Assembly: GCA_963701295.1 (NCBI GenBank)
Contig: OY969585.1
Coordinates: forward strand, 32,001-96,000
DNA length: 64,000 bases
Source of the DNA: Ignavibacteriota bacterium
GTDB taxonomy: Bacteria; Bacteroidota; Ignavibacteria; UBA10030
Reading direction: 5' to 3'
The notes below the pieces were generated by a model. That model did not search any database. It was not told where the DNA came from and saw nothing but the letters and a program-made list of their open reading frames with translations. Position numbers and translations under genes: made by a program. Below, one piece after another: positions 31,018-40,849 of the stretch; position 1 is the first letter of the stretch; every line of letters begins with the position of its first letter.

Positions 31018-31072
31018 CATAACAAATCAATAACCGTTACATCATCTTCAGGTAATATACTTTTTTTATATT
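31018..31072 (+). promoter_or_regulatory. Pho-box-type promoter
   Basis: cATAACAaatc aATAACCgtta cATCATCttca gGTAATAtact, 5 bp, TATATT. Confidence 0.7.
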
Positions 31073-31098
31073 GAATACGATTAGAAAAGGAGTAAAAT

Positions 31099-32247
31099 AT
31101 GCGTATTGCATATTTCAATGCTAACTTAAAGGTAGGTCAAGATGGTGTTACCCGCGTCGTCTATAAAATGATTGAGGGAGCACTTGAACGTAATCATGAA
31201 GCAATTGCGATTACTTCCATCCTGCCGGAATCATGGCAGCAGCCAATTCCAATGTTTAAGGTTCCTTCGGTTGTAATACCAATGCATAAAGAGTATCGAA
31301 TTGCATTACCGGGGTACCAATCTTTTGCGAAGATACTCCAGAAATTTCAACCAGATATCTTGCACATCAATAGTCCTTGTACGCTTGGTTTCGGAGCAGC
31401 GAAATATGCCCAGCACTTTCAAGTGCCGGTTGTTGCAACGTATCATACACATTTCCCTACATATCCGCGTTATTTCAACCTGACAAAACTTGAGGATTTG
31501 ACGTGGAGAATATCGCGTCGTTTCTACAATAATGTAGATAGAACGTTTGTACCTACGAAACCGATTCTCAATGAACTGACCAGGCATGAAATTCTTCGTC
31601 TGCAATACCTTCCTAATGGTGTCGATACAGGTTTGTTTACACCGGAACGCAGAAGCGAGGCATGGCGGGCGTGTTTCGGCCAAGGGAACAAGCCCATCGT
31701 CCTGTTCGTCAGCCGGTTGGTGTGGGAAAAAGATTTGCGTGTGTTGGTCGAAGCATATCGACACCTCAAAGCAAAACGAAACGATTTCGAAATGGTGATC
31801 GTGGGGGATGGTCACGCTCGTGCACAGTTTGAACAAATGATGCCGGGCGCACACTTCCTAGGATATCAGACAGGTGTCACACTTGCAGAGAGCTTTGCTT
31901 CTGCAGACATCTTTGTATTTCCCTCTACAACGGAAACATTCGGCTTAGTAACATTAGAAGCAATGGCTTCCGGATTAACTCCAGTCGCAGCTAAAATGGG
32001 AGGTGCGATTGAGATTATTGAAGAAGGAAGTTCTGGTCTCTTTGCCAAACCACTTGACGGTGCGGACATGGCACAGAAAGTGGAATGGCTGCTCGATCAC
32101 CCGCAGTATCATCGTACGATGAAAGAACAAGCGCATCGACGTGCTCAGCAGTATCGCTGGGAATCGATCTTGAAACAATTATTTGACAACTATGAAGATG
32201 TACTACAGGAGAACAAACGCCGCCGTCAAATGGAAACGGCTGCCTGA
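31099..32247 (+). CDS. GT4 glycosyltransferase (PimB/MgtA/SqdX/Agt-like)
   Basis: DGV, YHTHF, NGVDT, VSRL..EK, VGDG, FPSTTETFGLVTLEAMASG. Confidence 0.9.
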   Translation: MRIAYFNANLKVGQDGVTRVVYKMIEGALERNHEAIAITSILPESWQQPIPMFKVPSVVIPMHKEYRIALPGYQSFAKILQKFQPDILHINSPCTLGFGAAKYAQHFQVPVVATYHTHFPTYPRYFNLTKLEDLTWRISRRFYNNVDRTFVPTKPILNELTRHEILRLQYLPNGVDTGLFTPERRSEAWRACFGQGNKPIVLFVSRLVWEKDLRVLVEAYRHLKAKRNDFEMVIVGDGHARAQFEQMMPGAHFLGYQTGVTLAESFASADIFVFPSTTETFGLVTLEAMASGLTPVAAKMGGAIEIIEEGSSGLFAKPLDGADMAQKVEWLLDHPQYHRTMKEQAHRRAQQYRWESILKQLFDNYEDVLQENKRRRQMETAA

Positions 32248-32256
32248 GAATTTTCA

Positions 32257-33225
32257 ATGTCCCCGTCATTTCAAATAGCACATATTTCAGATCCACATAT
32301 CAGCAGACAATATTACCGCGAGCATATGAAGTCCTTCAAGCTTCTCTTGCGGGCTGTACTGGACGAAGGTGTCGATCACATTATCATCTCCGGGGACATT
32401 ATCAGCACAGGACACGAAGATGATTCTTATCTTGCACGAGAGATATTTTCAAATCTGGGTCTTCTCGACAGCAATAGACTCACCGTCGTCCCAGGTAATC
32501 ACGATATTTTTGGCGGTCCGCATCGAGCTGTGGATGTGTTAAGTTTTCCTCAATATATTCGGTCCGTCGATTATAAATATCGCAAAGAATTATTTCAGAA
32601 CGCCTTTGCTGAAACATATCATGGAGTCCACCACGTCAGTACTTCGGATCTTTTTCCCTTTATCAAAATCATTGGACCGTTCAACATCATCGGATTAAAT
32701 TCTATTCCCCCTTGGTCGCTCACCCGTAATCCGTTCGGAACGAACGGCAGTCTGGATGATAAACAGATCGAACTATTAGAACATATAGGCACATCCGATC
32801 TTTTGGCAGATCGCACGAATATTATCGTCTTACATCACCACTTCAACGATCTGCTCCAATCGGATTATCAAGCAGGCAATATCTGGACACGCATCGAATC
32901 CAACACGATGCGCATGAAGAAACGACGAAAAATAATTCGAATATTTCAATCTTTAAATATACGCTATGTACTTCACGGACACATTCATCGTAATGAAATC
33001 TATGAACGCAACGGTATCCTCTTTGCTAATGGCGCAGGAGCTGTATGTGATGATCCGGTACGGTACCTAAAATACAACCTTCTTCAACAGAACGACGGTT
33101 ACTGTACAATAAAAATCCGCCAACTGCCGATCCCGTATCAAGTATCCACATTGACAATGGCGCTTCATCGGAGACATAGACCTCTCTCCATACCAGAGTT
33201 TGCTATGAAATCTCTTGATTCCTAA
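32257..33225 (+). CDS. Calcineurin-like metallophosphoesterase
   Basis: HISDPH, SGD, PGNHD, HHH, LHGHIH. Confidence 0.88.
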   Translation: MSPSFQIAHISDPHISRQYYREHMKSFKLLLRAVLDEGVDHIIISGDIISTGHEDDSYLAREIFSNLGLLDSNRLTVVPGNHDIFGGPHRAVDVLSFPQYIRSVDYKYRKELFQNAFAETYHGVHHVSTSDLFPFIKIIGPFNIIGLNSIPPWSLTRNPFGTNGSLDDKQIELLEHIGTSDLLADRTNIIVLHHHFNDLLQSDYQAGNIWTRIESNTMRMKKRRKIIRIFQSLNIRYVLHGHIHRNEIYERNGILFANGAGAVCDDPVRYLKYNLLQQNDGYCTIKIRQLPIPYQVSTLTMALHRRHRPLSIPEFAMKSLDS

Positions 33226-33230
33226 ACGAA

Positions 33231-34079
33231 ATGATCGAGCTTGCGACATATCAGGACATGCCTTTGAATACGGGTGACATCATCCTGCAGTCGGATTTAT
33301 TGGAGAGTCTTCTGAATATCGAACTTCGATTCGGTGAATCCCACCTTGGAGGAAAAAGCCGTGTCGCGGTCTTTGATCTAGACAATACATTGCTCATAGG
33401 TGATATCGGCGATGCAGTATATGCTCAATTGCTTTCAGACGGCTTTCCGCTTCCTTTATCCTGGCTGGATTATCAACAAATGATTAAAGAAGATCCGAAG
33501 AATGCGTACATTGAAGTAGTGAAAGCACTAGATGGCATTCCTTTTGAATATCTTGTGCGAACAACAAAGCGAGTTCTGCAATCCAAAGACGATATCATTC
33601 TGTGTGGAGACTCAGAAGTTTTAATCCCAAAACCGAATTATTTGATGTACGAACTTGTGCGTCTTTTACATCAATGGCAATATACTATTTTTGTGATTTC
33701 AGCAAGCAATGACATATCGGCAAAAATTGCAGGTTCTATGATATTCGATATCCCGGCGAATAATATTGCTGGAATAAAACCCTATATTTCAGATGGAAAG
33801 ATTGTTGGGCAAATTCAGCACCCTATTCCTTTCGGTGAAGGAAAGGTCGCACAGTACCGCAGGATGAGCGGCGAAGTGATACCTATGGTTGTAGCAACAG
33901 ATAACGAATCTGATCTACCGATGCTGCAAATGTGCGATCCTGATGGATTAGCTATTTTAGTCGGGGAAAGTCATATCCTCTATACGAAAGCAAAGAACCA
34001 ACTGCCGATTTCGATCCACATTCAACGTGTTATCACCAATCCTATTTCATTTCTCCAACAACAATACCGCGTTGCCTGA
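33231..34079 (+). CDS. HAD-family phosphatase (SerB-like)
   Basis: FDLDNT, VISAS, GEGK, TDNESDLPML. Confidence 0.8.
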   Translation: MIELATYQDMPLNTGDIILQSDLLESLLNIELRFGESHLGGKSRVAVFDLDNTLLIGDIGDAVYAQLLSDGFPLPLSWLDYQQMIKEDPKNAYIEVVKALDGIPFEYLVRTTKRVLQSKDDIILCGDSEVLIPKPNYLMYELVRLLHQWQYTIFVISASNDISAKIAGSMIFDIPANNIAGIKPYISDGKIVGQIQHPIPFGEGKVAQYRRMSGEVIPMVVATDNESDLPMLQMCDPDGLAILVGESHILYTKAKNQLPISIHIQRVITNPISFLQQQYRVA

Positions 34080-36461
34080 AGAACATTTGATACGCGTCTT
34101 GGCTTCCTCTGTCACAACCTGAACCTCAATTCCTGGCGTAACTGCTAATACTCTTGTGAGGGTAAATGGAAGACGGATATCCACAATAGACGGCTTTGTA
34201 TCAGAGGATAGTTCTAATGTTAAAGAACAAAGGGCTTTTTTCTCTGTCTCATATTGCAATGAACAATGAAACTTCCCAAACGATGTCGCGATTCCATTGA
34301 CCGATGTGTCCGTTCCCCACTTCAACATTCCCGGATATATATCATGGAAAACCAAAAGAGCATTTTCTTTTTCCCGTACAAGACAATCGAGCAGAAACAA
34401 AACGATTTCCGCTGCAACCCATCCGTGATGTCCATCTCCCATAGCACCACCGCCGGTCTTTGGGTGGATCGCTTCTGGAAGCGAATAGGGAGATATACAT
34501 CGATGAAAAATTGTATTTGCAATGCGCCATGCACGTTGAGGATTATTCCTGAGTAAATATGCATGCGCCAATTGGAGCGTTAAGTAGGCATTGTATCCGG
34601 AATGAATGATAGGATGGTAAAAACCTTTTTCATCAACATAACGATCTGTGAATTCATCCAGCGTCATTTGAAACGCGTTTGGATATACATCCTCCAGCGC
34701 CAGCGGATAAATTCCACACACAAACCCAATGGCACTTTCATCGAACGGACGCGATGGCGATGCGGGAATTACTTCCCTGCCAAGCCGTGCAGCAACTTTC
34801 TCGAGTGAACGATAAATATCTCCGGCGAACATCTCCGCTTCACGTTCCCAATGAACTGCTAATTCTTCCTTATGCACTTTGTGCGCCAAACCAACGGCAG
34901 ATCGAATTCCTGCCAATCCCCAGAATGAATCCCAATAGTATTGATCAACCGTTCCAAAATGTTCAGCGCTTAAACTCGGCGGTAAAAGTCCGCGATGTGT
35001 TGTTGCAGTGTCTTTACTTGTTCGCTTCTTTTTGAGAATCCATTCCGCTGCTCGCTGGAGCGATGGGAAATAATGGTTCAGCCATGAATACGAATGTGTC
35101 AGCTTTGCATGCTGCTCCACGACCCAGAGGGCTTCACCGTTGGAATCCCATTCGCCATCCGGGCCGCGGAAAAAACCATCGCTCATTTGCCGCTCTGGAA
35201 ACGCGTCGATCACCTGCCGTACTCGCCTATGAAACCCCATCCGGTCAAGAGCATATACCATTGGTGCTGCATCGCGAAACCAGAAATGATGATAGAGATA
35301 TGGTCCGGGAGAAATAAATTTTCCATCGTGGAGCTGCAACAATGCCAGCACATTTGCATCAAACATTTTTTGCAATGATTCATCTGCAAGAGTAATCTGC
35401 GCGCCAAGCGACCGCTCTTTGATCCAGTGTGTCTGGTGCCGTTCAAGCCGGTTTTCAAAGGAAACGCGCCATGTTGCTTTGGGTTGAAGAAGGTGAAGCT
35501 CCTCTTTCGTTCCAAGAGCCGTGCTATAATGAATCGAATGATGCTGCCCAGGTAAAAGCTTCAACGGAAAAACCACAACGGCATGAGCAAGACCGATAGT
35601 ACACGAAATAGACTGTTTCTCTTGGATGTTTTCATCTTCTTCGTACCATCTCTGAAGGTTCTGCTGCCGGAGAAGATTCACAACATCTCCCTGTTCGGAA
35701 TTTGAGCAGAACACAGCCCGTGGTTCTTCTGCGAACACGATACCAAGACATTGATCGATAACAATCTGCCTCGATGGACGGTATTCAATACGATGGATGG
35801 GCGACACACCTTCCGGATTAAATGGACGAACGGCGACACACACGGCTAGATTGCCAGACAACTTTCCGTCATTCATAACGGTAATTCTTTGAAAAAGGAC
35901 ATCTCTCCCATGATTAGTCGAATCAACGAACGCTTCCAAGTCAAGAACAAAACCATCAACCTCGAATCGGGTAATAACTCGCGGGGCTTGTGTATCAAAT
36001 TTCTGGCTCGATGGAAAATGAAACGACGGGAGAAAGAGATCTTTCTCTGTTTTCAACCAGACATCGATAGACCATTCCCTGGGAAGCGGTGTCGCCAAAC
36101 CACGCGGATCAATAATTGCCTCGTGTTTTCCTGTCGGACTTCCTAAGAGTGTCCAATTTCTATGCGTGATATTCAAGAGAAGAGGATTTTGTGATCTTGC
36201 AATAAAACTTTCATTTTTAGGATCAAGTTGTCGATGCACCCAGTGTGGATACACCCAATCCCGCTTCATCTGCAGAAGCGCATAATTCAGTAATCCGCGT
36301 GTAATCATTGGAGCGCTTAACTGAAAGAGCTCGGCTGGGAAACCGCTTCCATCCACATCGCTTAATTGCCCCGCAATCTGCAATTGATGAATCGCCTGCG
36401 AAGGAATTTTCAACTGTTTCAATACTTGTTCAAATGCAAAAGAAGAAACGTTCATCATCAC
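34047..36461 (-). CDS. Six-hairpin (alpha/alpha)6 glycoside hydrolase-like protein
   Basis: PGPYLYHHFWFRDA, GEWDSNG, SAEHFG, YYWDSFW, EAIHP..GGGAMGDGHHGW. Confidence 0.7.
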   Translation of the reverse strand: MMMNVSSFAFEQVLKQLKIPSQAIHQLQIAGQLSDVDGSGFPAELFQLSAPMITRGLLNYALLQMKRDWVYPHWVHRQLDPKNESFIARSQNPLLLNITHRNWTLLGSPTGKHEAIIDPRGLATPLPREWSIDVWLKTEKDLFLPSFHFPSSQKFDTQAPRVITRFEVDGFVLDLEAFVDSTNHGRDVLFQRITVMNDGKLSGNLAVCVAVRPFNPEGVSPIHRIEYRPSRQIVIDQCLGIVFAEEPRAVFCSNSEQGDVVNLLRQQNLQRWYEEDENIQEKQSISCTIGLAHAVVVFPLKLLPGQHHSIHYSTALGTKEELHLLQPKATWRVSFENRLERHQTHWIKERSLGAQITLADESLQKMFDANVLALLQLHDGKFISPGPYLYHHFWFRDAAPMVYALDRMGFHRRVRQVIDAFPERQMSDGFFRGPDGEWDSNGEALWVVEQHAKLTHSYSWLNHYFPSLQRAAEWILKKKRTSKDTATTHRGLLPPSLSAEHFGTVDQYYWDSFWGLAGIRSAVGLAHKVHKEELAVHWEREAEMFAGDIYRSLEKVAARLGREVIPASPSRPFDESAIGFVCGIYPLALEDVYPNAFQMTLDEFTDRYVDEKGFYHPIIHSGYNAYLTLQLAHAYLLRNNPQRAWRIANTIFHRCISPYSLPEAIHPKTGGGAMGDGHHGWVAAEIVLFLLDCLVREKENALLVFHDIYPGMLKWGTDTSVNGIATSFGKFHCSLQYETEKKALCSLTLELSSDTKPSIVDIRLPFTLTRVLAVTPGIEVQVVTEEAKTRIKCSSGNAVLLLEK

Positions 36462-36480
36462 TCTGAATAGTGTTCATACG

Positions 36481-36509
36481 AATATACGACCACAATTCCA
36501 TCGAGACAA
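36481..36509 (-). promoter_or_regulatory. Sigma70-type promoter of the six-hairpin GH gene
   Basis: TTGTCT-N17-TATATT, back-to-back with a Pho-type promoter. Confidence 0.55.
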
Positions 36510-36523
36510 GCAACGTCGGAGAA

Positions 36524-36578
36524 CTTAACAATTTGGTAATAAATCGTTCATCGTTCTGAAAACCCGATTCGTTATACT
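36524..36578 (+). promoter_or_regulatory. Pho-box-type promoter
   Basis: cTTAACAattt gGTAATAaatc gTTCATCgttc tGAAAACccga, 5 bp, TATACT. Confidence 0.7.
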
Positions 36579-36610
36579 TGTATGAATTCAATTTGCGGAC
36601 AAAACATCTC

Positions 36611-37402
36611 ATGTCTCTTGGAACAACCCACATGATGCAAATCTTATTATCAGGTATGCTCGTCATGGTCATTATGCTTTCTCACTTCTCAAAAGACGAT
36701 CATCTGATGAAAGGAGATACGTTTTATCAATCCTGCGATAATGAACAGGCGCTAAAAGAGTATCAACTTGCATATAATGATTCTCCATCCGATTACAACA
36801 CTTTGCTGCGAATAGTCCGGATCCATAACGATATGGGAAGAATCCAAATGAGGACAGGGACTGAATCAGAAAAGCATTATCGCTTAGCGGTTGTTTACGC
36901 TGATTCACTCCAACGGTATTATCCAGACAGCGCGGCTGCTCATTTTTGGTTTGCCCTGGCAAAAGGGAGCCTCATTCCGTTTGTTGGTATGCGTGAGAAG
37001 ATTGCCATTGGGAAAGAGGTGAAACAACAGCTTCAAGCTGCGCTTCAGCGGGATTCTACGTTCTCATATGCATATGTTCTCAAAGCGATCTTTGAACGCG
37101 AAGGAAGTCAGCTCAGCTGGCTCGAGAAAGGGATTGTTCGAATTGTATTCGGCGAAGACCTTTCAGGTTCTCTTCAAACATCAGAACAATATTTGCGAAA
37201 GGCATTGCAATACGATACGACGAATTCGTTTGCCTATTATGAACTGTACTGGACATATAAGGCGATGGAAGATACAGCCGGCGCTCGTTCTGCATTGCAG
37301 CACATCTTGAAGATGCCTCCAAGAAATTTGCGGGAACAAAATCAGCAGGAAGAAGCCCAACAGCAATTGCAAATATTCAATAATAATAATCAAACGGATT
37401 GA
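36611..37402 (+). CDS. Exported TPR-repeat protein (RMDN-like)
   Basis: Hydrophobic N-terminus, AHFWFALAKG, TPR helices; start moved past the -10 box (36611 or 36632). Confidence 0.75.
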   Translation: MSLGTTHMMQILLSGMLVMVIMLSHFSKDDHLMKGDTFYQSCDNEQALKEYQLAYNDSPSDYNTLLRIVRIHNDMGRIQMRTGTESEKHYRLAVVYADSLQRYYPDSAAAHFWFALAKGSLIPFVGMREKIAIGKEVKQQLQAALQRDSTFSYAYVLKAIFEREGSQLSWLEKGIVRIVFGEDLSGSLQTSEQYLRKALQYDTTNSFAYYELYWTYKAMEDTAGARSALQHILKMPPRNLREQNQQEEAQQQLQIFNNNNQTD

Positions 37403-37460
37403 AGTTTCGAAATGACGGGATAACTAATAGTTCATATCAGGAGAGTGACCACGAATTCAT

Positions 37461-37769
37461 TTATTCCTCGATCTGTTCAAGTTCATCTGTTTGTTGCAGG
37501 ATTATGATTTTTCTTGCCATCTGACACAAATGTTGAAGAGCAATAATTGTCCGCTGTAAATGAAAATTATTTGCATCAAGAAATTGTCGCGGATTTTTGC
37601 ATACATATAGTATACGGGAAAGGCGTCGTTTCAACGCTTGCGCAAAGTAATTCGTTGAATCATATGTCAATATGGAAACGACATCTTGTTGTGCTTTTTC
37701 AAGTTCATGGTTCTGAAGTCGTTCTTCAATTCTTTGGAACATCGGAATGAGCGGTGATATTGTCTGCAT
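37461..37769 (-). CDS. Hypothetical helical protein
   Basis: GGAG RBS, 102 aa, TPR-like YDSTNYFAQAL. Confidence 0.55.
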   Translation of the reverse strand: MQTISPLIPMFQRIEERLQNHELEKAQQDVVSILTYDSTNYFAQALKRRLSRILYVCKNPRQFLDANNFHLQRTIIALQHLCQMARKIIILQQTDELEQIEE

Positions 37770-37867
37770 ATATTCTCCGATCGATAATAGAATGATCGTA
37801 TATTGAACGCTTCAGTAAGCGATGAACGCATAAAACATATTCATTGATCTGGATAAGCGCAAGAATG

Positions 37868-37900
37868 AATTGATTAATCTCTTGTTATAGTATTGTAAAC
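37868..37900 (-). promoter_or_regulatory. Three Pho-box-like repeats between a hypothetical gene and regulator copy 3
   Basis: gTTTACAatac tATAACAagag aTTAATCaatt; no clear -10 at the usual spacing. Confidence 0.5.
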
Positions 37901-37922
37901 ACAAAAAGATTGTGTAGCGACA

Positions 37923-38612
37923 ATGCAGAAATGTATTCTTATTATAGACAATGCAAAGGAACATCTTGACTTTCTCTCCTCAAATTTGGCGAATGAGGGG
38001 TATAGAGTGATCACCGCGAGAAATGGCGCCTCTGCGTTAGAACTCGTGAAACAAATACCCGACTTAATCATTCTTGATATTATACTACCGGATATAAATG
38101 GATTGGATATCATCAGAGAATTGAAACGCACAACAACGACATCGGCAATTCCGATTTTTGTTCTGACATCAAAAAAAACGGAAGCCGATGAAATCATTAG
38201 TCTGGAACTCGGGTCTGATGATTTTATTGTCAAACCGGTTCAAATCCAAAGGCTTCTGGCGCGCATACGAGCAATATTTCGTCAACAGGACAAGAGACAA
38301 TCAGCTTTCATGGATGAAGATGTTGTTTCATTTGAAGGCCTTGAAATTCGCATACCTGATTACACCATATCGTACGGAAATACTACGCTCCCCTTCCCTC
38401 GAAAGGAATTTGAGATTCTCATCCATCTTTTCCGACATCGCGATAGAGTCGTAACACGCGAAGCAATTTCTCGTGCGGTCTGGGGATCGAGCATTCAAGT
38501 ACCAAACCGCACCATAGATGTTCATATCGGAAGAATTCGTAAGAAGTTGGGCCGCTACGCGCACCTTATCGGAACTGTTCATGGTATCGGTTATCGATGT
38601 TATATTCCGTAA
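37923..38612 (+). CDS. PhoB-like response regulator (copy 3, divergent orphan)
   Basis: IIDN, LIILDIILP, FIVKP, NRTIDVHIGRIRKKL, GIGYR. Confidence 0.85.
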   Translation: MQKCILIIDNAKEHLDFLSSNLANEGYRVITARNGASALELVKQIPDLIILDIILPDINGLDIIRELKRTTTTSAIPIFVLTSKKTEADEIISLELGSDDFIVKPVQIQRLLARIRAIFRQQDKRQSAFMDEDVVSFEGLEIRIPDYTISYGNTTLPFPRKEFEILIHLFRHRDRVVTREAISRAVWGSSIQVPNRTIDVHIGRIRKKLGRYAHLIGTVHGIGYRCYIP

Positions 38613-38666
38613 TAACCGATCCGTAAAAAATTATCCTGCATAGCATTATTCCATTTCGACGGTTCA

Positions 38667-38721
38667 ATTTATAAAACCTTAACCCTTCCATGATACTCCA
38701 GTAATATCTTTATCGCATATT
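38667..38721 (+). promoter_or_regulatory. Pho-box-type promoter
   Basis: aTTTATAaaac cTTAACCcttc cATGATActcc aGTAATAtctt, 5 bp, CATATT. Confidence 0.7.
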
Positions 38722-38757
38722 GATACATCGACATATTCAAAAAAAGAAAAGAACTCT

Positions 38758-39252
38758 ATGGACGCTTCATTATCACAGCTCGCAATGAAAATATCAGGAA
38801 TCGATATAACGGTTTCAAGTGGCAAAGTGACGGAATTATCTGTACATCACAAAATCCCATCAGATGCCAGGACTGAAGGCGGACAACCAATCGGATTCAT
38901 ATCATCCGGAAAAACATTTGAACAGCTATTAGAGGAATTAGAAATATACCACGAGTGTGTGTCCGTAGCGAATGCTCAGTTAAGACAAAAAATGAAAGCT
39001 CCCATCGGAACGGAAGGACAGTTTATGCCAACTAAAAGACAAGAAGACATCGAGATATTTACAACCGCCATTATTCTTGCATACAACAATATGGTCGGCG
39101 CAATTTTTTATCGAACACAAAAGCTGAAGACAAAACCAACTGATGATATATCATTTTCGACGCAGTACTCGAGGATCGTCAAAAACGCAATACAAAGCTC
39201 GATAGAGGTAACGAATCAACTTCTTAATTTCTCGCTTTTCATCCGTTCCTAA
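38758..39252 (+). CDS. Hypothetical protein
   Basis: 164-aa ORF with its own Pho-type promoter and a downstream hairpin. Confidence 0.6.
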   Translation: MDASLSQLAMKISGIDITVSSGKVTELSVHHKIPSDARTEGGQPIGFISSGKTFEQLLEELEIYHECVSVANAQLRQKMKAPIGTEGQFMPTKRQEDIEIFTTAIILAYNNMVGAIFYRTQKLKTKPTDDISFSTQYSRIVKNAIQSSIEVTNQLLNFSLFIRS

Positions 39253-39302
39253 TTCCTCTCCCCAATCTTCAACGCTTCTTTCTCTTTTTCTGTTGTACTT
39301 GA

Positions 39303-39329
39303 AGCCGACGTCATTGACGTCGGCTCTTT
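39303..39329 (+). terminator. Hairpin, probable terminator
   Basis: AGCCGACGTCA-T-TGACGTCGGCT followed by CTTT. Confidence 0.6.
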
Positions 39330-39734
39330 GCTAAATTTACATAATGCTATTACAATTTTATGATGGACTTTCTGTTAACGGAATTGTGAAATTATTTTTT
39401 GTTCTTATAATAAATCGCAACCTTAAAAGAAACGTAACTGTGACAAAGTCTTGTGTTCGTGATAGTTATAAGAACATATTGCGGTTACGATTTTAGTTCC
39501 TCAGCCCCTATCTCTTTTCGCTAAATGTTCAATGTCCGATTTATATCCATATAGTCAGCCACCCGATGCATCGGAATTCCTTACCACATCGGCAGTGAAT
39601 GCGGGCAGGGCAGATGACGGAAAAATGAAATTCTCCATTTTAGATGAATTGTTTGCAAAAACAGTATTTGAGAATCATTTGTTTGGCAGGTTCGAGGAAT
39701 GCAGGACGTTCTATGCTTTTACCAACCTGTAAAA

Positions 39735-40487
39735 TCATATTATCCAGCGAATTCCTATATAGGCAACATATGTTCTGCCTCGTTCGGGAGAATACACCGT
39801 TGTTCCTGTAGATGCTAGAAATCCAAGTAACGGACTCAGTTTGCATGTCAAGCCAATATTTAGAATTATTTCTCCAAGTCCGGCATGAATTTGATTGTCA
39901 CCATGAAGTTCTGCAAGAAGCTCGCACTGTTCCGATTGTTCATATCCCATCACGATACCGTACGCAAGTTCATCCTGTCTTGATGCAATAAAAGAGTAAC
40001 CGATATCGGCGGCATAATGAAATCGCCTGAATGTTTTTGCCACTTCAAAAGGAAGGAAAAATTGCGGGGCTTCACCTTCTTCTGTAATCGAGGAATTGTT
40101 GAATTCATACTGAGGATAGGTTGAAACCGCAATGCCGTATGCTTCTTCATCAAGGAATCTTGCTTTTACACCTATTTTGATATTCCCGCAGCCAATAAGA
40201 GAGCCATTATCGTTGTGAAGATAGTTCATCATCGGCATCTCTATTTTTAATTGAATGTGATCTCCATACCCATAATTGATATCGACTGCGGGAAAACTCA
40301 TTTCTTGTGTTGAAGCTGTTTCAGTAAATTGTATTGCGAAATTGTTTTCCCAGTGTCCACCTCCCGGCGTAAAGGGATCATCGGTAATCATCGGTGGACC
40401 GCCTTGTCCGTATGCACGTATAGCCGCGATAAGCACTAACAGAAATAAAAGAGAAAACCGAAACTGATGATGCAATGATGAAACCAC
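39735..40487 (-). CDS. Putative outer-membrane beta-barrel (transporter-like)
   Basis: Signal peptide, GGPPMITDDPFTP, alternating beta pattern, C-terminal YIGIRWII. Confidence 0.7.
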   Translation of the reverse strand: MVSSLHHQFRFSLLFLLVLIAAIRAYGQGGPPMITDDPFTPGGGHWENNFAIQFTETASTQEMSFPAVDINYGYGDHIQLKIEMPMMNYLHNDNGSLIGCGNIKIGVKARFLDEEAYGIAVSTYPQYEFNNSSITEEGEAPQFFLPFEVAKTFRRFHYAADIGYSFIASRQDELAYGIVMGYEQSEQCELLAELHGDNQIHAGLGEIILNIGLTCKLSPLLGFLASTGTTVYSPERGRTYVAYIGIRWII

Positions 40488-40849
40488 GGATCTTATTTCC
40501 TTAACTTCTCTTTGAATACGTGGCCAAGGATTTGACGCGAATGTTTCCTTTCAATATTCAGTGCCAAGTGAATAGGATGCACTATTTGCTGAAAAACGGT
40601 TTGAGCCGTTTGTTGCGATAAATTGTACCACTCTTGTGCCTTAAAATCTGAAGCTTAAGTCGTTCCCTGCAAGTCAAGCTCCCTTGCTATCGAAAAATAA
40701 GAGCATACATGCAAGAATATCTTACACAATTGCCGATTTTCATCTTCGACCTTCACACAAAATAATATCAATATATTTGTATTGATCTGCAATTACTTTT
40801 CGTTCTTTACTACCTTTACAGCTGGAGAGGTCGATGCATTATGGACGTT

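Noticed and set aside
36578-36610. TTG start at 36578 for the TPR protein
   Set aside because: Coincides with the predicted -10 box; a downstream ATG is more plausible
39532-39732. 66-aa plus-strand ORF
   Set aside because: No RBS or recognisable motif; cannot be supported
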